Below the pieces are notes generated by a model. It was given only the letters and a program-made list of their open reading frames with translations, made no database searches and was not told the origin of the DNA. From the NCBI GenBank assembly GCA_964016885.1, contig OZ024746.1, positions 54,250,001 through 54,314,000 of the forward strand: a DNA stretch of 64,000 nucleotides. The letters run 5' to 3'. Positions 54,907 to 64,000 of this stretch are shown in pieces; position 1 is the first letter of the stretch, and the number at the start of each line of letters is the position of its first letter. A program made the position numbers and the translations under genes. The stretch is from Eledone cirrhosa (taxonomy: Eukaryota).

Positions 54907-57900
54907 TTCTTTGAGTCTCAGTCATTGAGGTTATTTAACTCGAAAGTTTGTTGAAATGAATATCAAGCCAGTATCTGCAACCTCAGACATTCAGGACGTA
55001 TCCGAGGGTTCTTGTTGTTCCCAGCAAGCATGCCTTTTGAAGTGTTCATAAAAACGGGGCTGGACTAATCTTCTATAACCATCGTTGGAAAATCTTTGAG
55101 ATTGTACCTAGAGCGCCTATGACAATCGGGATGACCTTGATTTCATGGCAGTTCCAAATCCTTTTAAACTCCCACTTTAAATCCTAGTATCAGTTAATTT
55201 TCTCCCTCTTCTTTGTCAAATGGGCAGGCTACATCTACAATCAGGCATGATCTGTTTTCCTTGTCCAAAACCACGAGATCAGGCCTAATGTGTTCTAATT
55301 TCTTGTCCGTCTGTATCCTAAAATCCCATAGCACCTTCACCTGATCGTTTTCTATCACCGACTCTGGCTTATGCTCATACCACTTCTCAGAATGTGGTAA
55401 ATTGTTTAGTTTGCATAGATGCCAGTGGATCACCCTGCCTATCACATCATGGCTCCAACCTTTATAGTGAGTCTGAGCTAGGTGATTACACTCGGATACA
55501 ATGTGAGCCACAGTCTCCCCTCTTTCTCCACAGATCCTACACAGTTAGCTAGCCTCCTCCTTGTCAATATGGTGTTTCACCCACTTCATTATGAGGGCTT
55601 GCTCTTACGCAGCCATTAGCATTCCTTCTGTAGCTTTTTTAAGGTCTCCTCTTTTTAACCAGTTCCTTGTCTGTGGATCTCTAAATTCCGTTTTCTTAAA
55701 GAAGGTTCTATGAAGGGATATTTCATGAAGATTGCCCTTCCTCCTTGTTATTTCCTCCTTCGACATCCCCTGGTCTATTGTCTTCAGTACAATTTTGAGC
55801 ATTGGCTCCCTAATGTCAGCCACATATTTGTGTAGGTTGTTTTTCTCCATCTGAACACAGTCCTCTATACTGATAGGACCTCTTCCACCTTCAGATCTCT
55901 TTAAGTAGAATCTATCAACCTCACTCCTCTTGTGGAACATGTTGTAGATAGTCAATAGCTTCTTAGTTTTCCTATCCATTTCTTTTTGTTCAGCAACATT
56001 CCATTTCATAATCCCCGCACTGTACCTAATAATAGACACAGCTCGGCAATTTGCTGCACTTATGACATTCCTACTATTTAGATGTGATTTTAGTTTGTTC
56101 CTTAGACTCCCTATGTATTCAGATCTTATAAATTCCTTCATTTTATTTTGTTCTTGATGTCATCTGCCTCCAGAACACCTAAATATTTGTATCCCTCTTC
56201 AGTGTCAATTTCCTTTATCATCTCACCTGTTGGTACATGGATTCCGCTGCTTCTGCTCAATTTAACCCCCCCCCCCCTCCTCATCACTAGGACTCCACAC
56301 TTATTAACACAGAATTGCATACATATATCATTGCTGAAAATACGGACAGTGTCAACAAGCACATCCAACTCCTCACTCTTAACAAAGAGTTTAAGATCGT
56401 CCATGAAGAGGAGGTGGTTGATGGGAAGCTCTCCTCTTCCCAACTTGTATCCTGCTCTCACTTTTCGCAATATGACGGACAGGGCTATCAGGGAAAGGAC
56501 AAACAACAAAGGGGACAAACTATTTCCCTGGAAGATACCTCTCTTGATCTTCACGCCTCCCAAGGATTCTCCACCTGATGTTAACTCTGTTTCCCAGGAC
56601 TTCATACTTTTGCTTAATAACTCTCTGATGTTATCTACCACCTTGAAGATCTCTAGGCTTTTGGTTATCCAGGAATGAGGTACCATGTCGAATACCTTTT
56701 TGTAATCTATCCATCCCATGGCAAGACCAGTGTGCCTCCTCTTGAAATTCCTCATTACCATCTTATCAATAACTAACTGGTATTTTGTACAACGGGATTT
56801 CTTTCGGCGTCCTTTCTGTTCGTCCGGTAACAAGTTGTTTATGTGGAGGTGATAGTAGATTTCCTCAGACACAATGCTTGTTAACAGTTTCCACATTACG
56901 GACAGACAGGCCTATAGTTGGTAACATCCCTACCCTTGATTCGGTCTTTCATTACTAGAACTCTGGTACCTTTTGTCAACCACTCTGGTACTTCACCCGA
57001 CATCAAGCAGTCATTGAACATGCTTGTCAGTTTTGGGTGGAGGGATGTTATATTTTTAATCCAATACCCTTGCACACCATCTGGGCCAGGTGATTTCCAG
57101 TTGGTTAGCTTTTTGGCCTGACCTTTAAGAATTTCAGCTGTGATACTCAAATCAGGTTGTTGGTGTGCTTGTTCACTAATCTCCTTTTGAACTGTCTCAA
57201 TCCACACTGCATGACTATTATGTTCAACATCCTGCTCCCATATTCCTCTCCAGAATGTCTTAGTCTGTTCCGCCTCAGGGATCACGTCGTTGCTTCTATC
57301 TTTCCCTTCAAGCTGTTCAAACATCTTCTGGTTGTTGTCAAACATGCGGTTCTGTCTATACTGACTGACTCTGTTCTCATACCGCCTAATCTTTGCACTT
57401 TTTACTACAATGCGTTGCTTCAGTTCTTCTATGATAACATTTAGCTCTTTTCCACTAGTTTTGTATTTTATTTTCAATCTATCTTTATTGTCTGTTTTGC
57501 AATGTCCCATTCAGTAAAGACTCAAGCTTTTCAATGTATTTGCTCATTTCCTTGATTTGACCATTCAGTCGTTTCTTCCACCAAGGTTCTGATCTTTCTT
57601 GTTTGTTGTTTATTCTCCTTTCTAGGCCAAGTAATTTTTTCACCGCATTTGCGGTTGCTTTCAGGATATTGTTGCATTGGTGAAGGTTCCTCGCCTCAAG
57701 GTATGGGATGACCTTGTTTACCTTAGCTGTTGTTTCCTGTCTACAAATCTTAGATTCATAGGTTTTCCACTATCATTGTTCATTTCATCTACCACTAAGT
57801 TCAGGATATCAACAAAATCTTGCCCTAGGCCGTCAGCATTCATTTCCTCAATGGCCGTATCTTTGTTCCTGATGTTATTTATTTCAGGATTCAGATCATT

Positions 57901-58435
57901 GTCTGCTCCGGATGCTTCCCCTGTCTCTCAACTCCTTCACCTTCATTTGCCACTGGGTCATTTGCCTGATATACTCCACTCTCCATTACCAACTTAATCT
58001 CTCTGATCAGTTCCTCCAGTTCCAACTCGATTATCCATCCATTAGTTCTTATTACACGAGCCTGTCCGGCCAATTTTTGTTCACCTAATTTAACTAGACC
58101 AATCTCGTTCCGAATGTTATGCATCCGTTTCCTATACTCTTCAGGTAACATTTCATGACAGTTCTATTCAATTCTTTCGTCCAGTTGGTTCTTGTCCCAT
58201 TCCTTCTTCTTCCTCCAACACCAGCAGTATTTGGATGACAGCCAGGTCCCTGCTGCTGGGCCAGGGAACACTTGCTGGGTGAGTCTTTCACATGACGTTC
58301 CAGTCTCCTTTTCACCGTTATTCTAACTCTTTAGGTTCGACATTTAAACACTCATATCGAGGATTGGTGAATTTATGGTTACACCACCACCAGTGTTTTT
58401 TTGTGTGGCACCATCACGTTGTAGACGAAAATAAA
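54907..58435 (-). mobile_element. Near full-length, inactivated R4/Dong-clade non-LTR retrotransposon
   Basis: Consecutive broken ORFs: WTKELN..CY, WKSPGPDGVQGYWIK, NYRPV, WIDYKKVFDMVPH, GIFQGNSLSPLLF, HLLFMDDLKLF, YKYLG, CRIC..HIVSEC, RPDLVV; (TAA)n tail. Confidence 0.92.
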
Positions 58436-58727
58436 TTAATTAATTAATGAACAAAAACATAAAAAAATAAAATTAGTTTCATTGTAATGTTTGAATGTCT
58501 GACTTAGTTTTTTCCTTTTTTGTTTTTCAAGTCCAGTAACATCGGTTACTAGTGTTGTTGTTGCTGCTGCTGTTTTTGATTTTAGCTACGCTAAGTCGTA
58601 GTCATAGCAACGAGGGAGGTAGGGTGTGTTGCGTTCAAAACTTTTGAAAGTTGTTTTTCTTTTGAAGTTGTGTTTGTTTTTGTCTGTGTTCTGTTCTGTA
58701 ATTTTTCGACTTGTTACTTATCATTAT

Positions 58728-60845
58728 GTGGATTGGCAGTATCGGTAGAGGGTCGGACACCATGCTTTTGATGCATAGAGTTACGGCCCTTGCCATTCTG
58801 AGTTCAAATCCTGCCGAGGTTAACTTTGCCTTTCATCCTTACGGGGTCGATAAAATAAAGTACCATTAATGCACTGGGTAATTGCTGGCCTTGTGCCAAA
58901 AGTAGAAACAATTATTATGCAAGTTGACATCGTTTAAATTAAACAATTTGAGAGAGCTTAGAGATACAACGACAATGATTATTATTATGATCGTGTTGTT
59001 GTTGGCTATGTTGGTGGGGGACTTCAACGCCACTTCAGTTCATGTTCGGATGTTAAAATTTTCTTTTGACAGGCTCACTAAATCAGTCTACTTATATCTT
59101 TTGGTAGCTTCCTCCTTTCTAGTCTTGTGTAGTGGCACTACTACCTTCCCTCTCTTAACAGAAGGTAGTGAGGGAATAGTGATGGTAGCAATGATGGAGT
59201 GGTGACGGTGTTGATGGGGTAGTGGTACGGTAGTGATGGTGTTGTTGCCGCAGTTGGTTTGTCTCTAGCTAAATTTTGTGGTAGTTTACTGGTACTTTAT
59301 TTTATCGACCCCGTAAGGATGAAAGGCAAAGCTAACCTCGGTGGAATTTAAACTCTGACCGTAAAGGAATGTATTGCTATGCGCCTAAATATGTTGTTCG
59401 ATGCTCTACCGATACTGCCAATCCACCGTCCAATAACTAAAACGAATTTCAAATCTCTTGATGCTGCAGAGATTAATTTGGAGTTTGAGTCGTGCGTGTA
59501 ACGGAATTACACACAGTACTGTTCTGCCAGGAAACCTTTCCTAGTTGGCATGAGTTATTGTTTTGTATTGCTAAAGTTGAGACGGCGAATTAGCAGAGTC
59601 GTTAGAACGTCGGAGAGAATGCTTTAGGTTATTCGTTCCAGCTCTCTGCTCTCTAAATTCAAATCCCGCCGAGGTCAAATTTGCCTAACATCATTTCGAG
59701 TTCGATAAAAAAAAGTACCAGTCTAGTACTGGAGTCAATTCTTCCACTATATCACTTTCTCACTTTCTCTCTTTCTCTGGAAGTAATCTGCTGTACTCAG
59801 GCGTGGAGAGGGATGGGTTCCGTCAGGCTTAAAATGCCCAAGAAACGCCGTATCACAACACGGCGCACCCAAGGCTGTATCAGGAGTTATGGGATCATAC
59901 ATAAATACATTGTAATCATTACTCGTCATTACAATTAGTGATTATATACGGTGGATTGGCAGTACCGGTAGAGGGTCGGACGCCATACTTTGCAGCATAG
60001 AGTTACGGCCCTTTATGAACTGAGTTCAAATCCCGCCAAGGTTAACTTTGCCTTTAATCCTTACAGGATCGAAAAAATAAGTACCAGTCATGTACTGGGA
60101 TAATTGCTGGCCTTTTGCCAAAAGTAGAAACAATTACAATTAGTGTTATTATACCTCAATTTTTCCCTTTGTTGAATTCTCCTTTATTCCGTTGGATGTA
60201 AACAATGCTCTATGATTTTTATTCGTCCGTATATTGTTCCCCAAATCTTGGACTATTATTCGGTTGGGCGTCGGTCAACATGTTATGTGGCAATACGTTC
60301 TAAGTTCAAATCCCGCCGAAGTTAGCTTAGCCTTTCATCTTTACGACGTTGATGAATAGTACCAGTGATGCACTGGAGGCGCTATAATCGACTTCTCCCT
60401 CCTCAAAGAATGATTGGCCTATATAAGAAACCATTATTCAGTGGATTGACAGTAACGGTAGAGGGTCGGAACTCATGCTTTGACGCATAGAGTTACGGCC
60501 CTTGCCATTCTAAGTTCAAATCCTGCCAAGGTTAACTTTGCCTTTCATCCTTACGGGGTCGATAAAATAAAGCACTGGGTAATTGCTGGCCTTGTGCCAA
60601 AAATAGAAACAATTATTATTATTATCCGTGGTGGATTGGCATAATAGGTAGAGCGTCGGACAAAATGTTTTGCACTATTTAGTTACAGCTCTTTACGTTC
60701 TGAGTTCAAATCTCACCGAGGTTAACTTTGCTTTTCCTCCTTAAGAGGTCGATAAAATAAAGTAACGAACTGGGGTCGATTTAATCGACTTACCTCTCCT
60801 CCCAAATTGCTGGCCTTGTGCCTAAATCTGAAACTATTATTATTA
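58728..60845. mobile_element. Cluster of ~7 Meta-SINE copies
   Basis: Copies at ~58728-58917(+), 59287-59430(-), 59583-59740(+), 59950-60137(+), 60270-60438(+), 60441-60620(+), 60628-60845(+). Confidence 0.8.
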
Positions 60846-61269
60846 CCAACATAAAAGCCGCCACAATTGACGGAGTATACAGTAAAACAACATATTTATT
60901 CTACTAATTCCTTTATTACACCATTCTCTGAATTTTGCTTGACCTTCTTGATATTCAATGTTCCCTATCTACCATCCCAACACTACTGCTATCACCAACG
61001 ACACGATTATATAGCTATCGGTCACCGCCATTAAATGAGGAGAGACCATTAAAAGAATTTTGAGGAAAGGTCAATTGTAAAAAGGTCAGATCAATTTAGA
61101 CTAGGTTATTTTCATCGTTTCCTCCTACTTTCTACTAAGAAATATTGGTTTTCAGTTAGTGGCTTTATATCACTACTTCTTCTACCAGCACCCACTGCAA
61201 CGTCATCATCATTAGCGCCACTACTAATAAAATCTGTCTTTCACCCATCTACATTCCATTGTCTTACAA

Positions 61270-61900
61270 AGATCTGCGTCAGTCATCTACTTCTGTGATG
61301 TTGTGTCTCCGTCGACCTCAACGCGGTCAGAACAGCATGAAATTCAATATGTCTGGCGCTGTTATTCCACGCGAAACATCTTCATCTATATCATTATGTC
61401 AGGTTCACCATTCATGTTCTCTTTTGAGCCAGCTGTAGTCACTCGCATTCTTAGCCGCTTCCGATAATATCCTCGAAAGGTGCTTCCTTTTCTTTTGCCG
61501 CTAGACAAAGGCCTCTGAGGAGGAAGTCAACATGCAAGTTCTGACACATCATCTGACATAGACCTCTATAGGGACAGGATGCCTTCTATGCGCTAGTTTT
61601 ACTTAGTTTAACTAGCTCACTGTACTTCCCAAGAGAAAATAAACTCCGCCATCTACACAACCTTTGTTGGAAAACTTGGAAAGTGGTATTTGTCGTCCAT
61701 GTCGATTGAGACCTTCCAGATCCCCTCCCATTTTTCGGTCAGGTTCCTTTCTTACAAAGGCTGACTTGCTGTGTTCCCCATCATTACAGAACTTCATCAT
61801 GTTCTTCCCCACTACTTGTGGTCTATCACAGTTGCTCATCCTCTTTACTCTCTCTTCCACTGGTTTTAACACCACTTATATCTGTTTGATTTTTCGGAAG
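61270..61900 (-). mobile_element. Highly degraded LINE RT remnant
   Basis: VDGGVYFLLGSTV resembles the V..F.YLGS motif after the RT palm; otherwise eroded. Confidence 0.35.
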
Positions 61901-63175
61901 GGAGAAATCTATGTAAACTCTTCCTAGATACACACATTTCTTGCTTTTTAATATATATCATTTCTGTGTTTCATGATTCTGTCTTCTGTTTTTCTTTCCC
62001 TTTCTTTCCCATATATATATATGTATATATGTATCTGTTCTCTCTCTCTCTCTCTCACTCGCCCCTCTTTTTTTTCTATTTGAATTTGTTTCGCAATGGC
62101 TATTGATACATATGATATTATTTATTTATTTTTAACTCATAAAACTATGTCTATCATTATCCTGTTTTTTTAAATCAAGGATTAAAATAATTTCCGCTTC
62201 CGGCTCTGTTTCGATTGTTTTTATAGTTTCATTTCAGAGAGTAAATAATAATAATAAAAATGTAATTAATTATATTCATGCATATTTAAGGAAATGTTTT
62301 CAGTGATCAAAACAAAACAAATTATATAAAATATTTAGAGAATTACGAAAAACAAGAACGTATTTAAAGAAATCCATTCCAATCTTCCTTAGCGAAAAGA
62401 GTTCTTAAAATTATGGGATTGCTTTTATAGTCTTGTCCGCGGGGCGGAGCCCGCCCCTGGCTCAGAGCCTATTCCCCCTCCTCCTTCCTCTCCACATTCT
62501 TCTGTACACTAGAGTCCTTGCCATTCCCTCCCTTTTTCTTTTTTTTTCTTTTTTCCTATTTGCTTTTATTTTTAATTCCATTCTTTCTTCTCAATCTAAA
62601 TTTTATCTTTTTATTTTTCTATTAAAATGTATTTACATGATATATTTCATAAATAATTATTTTCATGTTTTATATTATATTACATGATATCTCTAATATC
62701 TGATACCAATATGTATTGGCACGTTGATCCGATGGTCCGATGTCCCAAGTGCACGCACACGCAGTCGCACATACACACACACACACAAACACACATATAT
62801 ATATAAATATGACGAAAGTACCCATATTTTACTCCTTTACAGTTTTACCTGCATATAGACCCCTGTCTTTATACAACTTTCTTAAACATGTTTGTATGTT
62901 GTTTAATAGAAATACTCATTTCTATTCTCCTGTACTCTTTATATTCTGATCGATTACATTTTCCTTTTCCGGTGTCTAAAATATTTTGTAAGATGGTCTA
63001 ATAATATATAAAATTATACAATTTTGGCGTAACGTATGAAATTGTATTTCCAGTAGGGTAGGTGGTTGAAGAGAGTTGATGCTCGCATTCTTTTATCGTC
63101 CATTTATTCATGTGCACATGTACTTATATTCGTATATATATATACGAATATATGTATGTATACGAATATATAGTC

Positions 63176-63219
<44 letters not shown>

Positions 63220-63254
63220 GAATATAAGTACATGTGCACATGAATAAATGGACA

Positions 63255-64000
63255 TGAACGTTAACATATCTCACATAAAATATAATGACTTTCAAAAAAC
63301 CATTCATCCTAATACTCCAATATATGTTAACAACATTACTAACAAAATTCCTAGTAATCAGACTAAAACACCTAAATCAGTTAATCTAACTAAACCTATA
63401 TATATAATACATTCACTAATAGTAACTCTCTTAGTAAACATCCTGATACATCGTATAAATATAAAAAACAATATCGAAACCGTAATCGACGGGTTACTTG
63501 GTATAATGCTCCATTTAATCTACAAATTAAAGATACTATCCCTAACATTTTTTTTACTATTCTAGAGAAAAACTTCCCGCCAACCCATAAATACCATCAA
63601 ATTTTAAATAGATCAACTGTCAAATTTTCCTACTCCACTACCAAAAATATACAACAAAATATAAGTGAGTACAACACATATAAATGTAAAAAAAACCCAC
63701 AAATATACCACCAACACATCAAACCAACCATAATACTAAAATAAACCGCATCAAACCACCATCTCCTTCACCTATAACAAGTCGAGTAAATTCCACACCA
63801 AATTTGACTAACTCACCTGATATAATATTCACGAATGGTTGTAACTGTAGAATCAAAAGAAATTGCCCATTAAAGGGAAATTGTCTTATTAATAACATAG
63901 TCTATAAATGTAAAATTAGCACTAAGGACCCAACTTATTCATATATAGGAGCTACGTCTAACCAATTTAAAATAAGATTTAATATCCACAAACATAGTTT
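63255..64000 (+). mobile_element. Penelope-like element fragment (thumb/linker + GIY-YIG), runs off the window
   Basis: Broken frames RRVTWYNAPFN..FFTILEKNFPPTHKYHQILNRSTVKFSYS and CNCRIKRNCPLKGNCLINNIVYKCKI..YIGATSNQFKIRFNIHKHSF. Confidence 0.8.

Noticed and set aside
58370-58435. Possible HDV-like ribozyme at the 5' end of the R4/Dong element
   Set aside because: ATGGT/ACCAT pairing is present but P1, P3 and P1.1 could not be assigned
62435-62480. GC-box cluster GGGGCGGAGCCCGCCCC
   Set aside because: Too short, and no linked transcript evidence to call a promoter

Overview
AT-rich eukaryotic (animal) DNA, most likely an octopod cephalopod judging by the SINE families and extreme (TA)n/(CA)n microsatellite load (inference). 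Almost all listed ORFs ([12 protein letters not shown]) are microsatellite artefacts. Real content: about 25 copies or fragments of a tRNA-headed Meta-domain SINE, two other SINE relics, a near full-length and two partial R4/Dong-type (RLE) non-LTR elements in (TAA)n, a 5'-truncated Neptune-type Penelope-like element (PLE) with an open RT+GIY-YIG frame, further PLE fragments, and RTE, mariner, hAT, Helitron and gag-like relics. Four small in-phase candidate exons may encode a VWA-like host domain. The most striking signal is a dense set of small elements lodged in (TA)n tracts that carry type I hammerhead ribozymes. These include a ~320-nt tandem retrozyme-like array with the compensated U3-A8 core, a 439-nt unit with an octamer/PSE/TATA-like cassette, and many long fold-back palindromes whose arms appear to be regenerated at each insertion. 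All calls are by eye; no alignments or folding programs were run.
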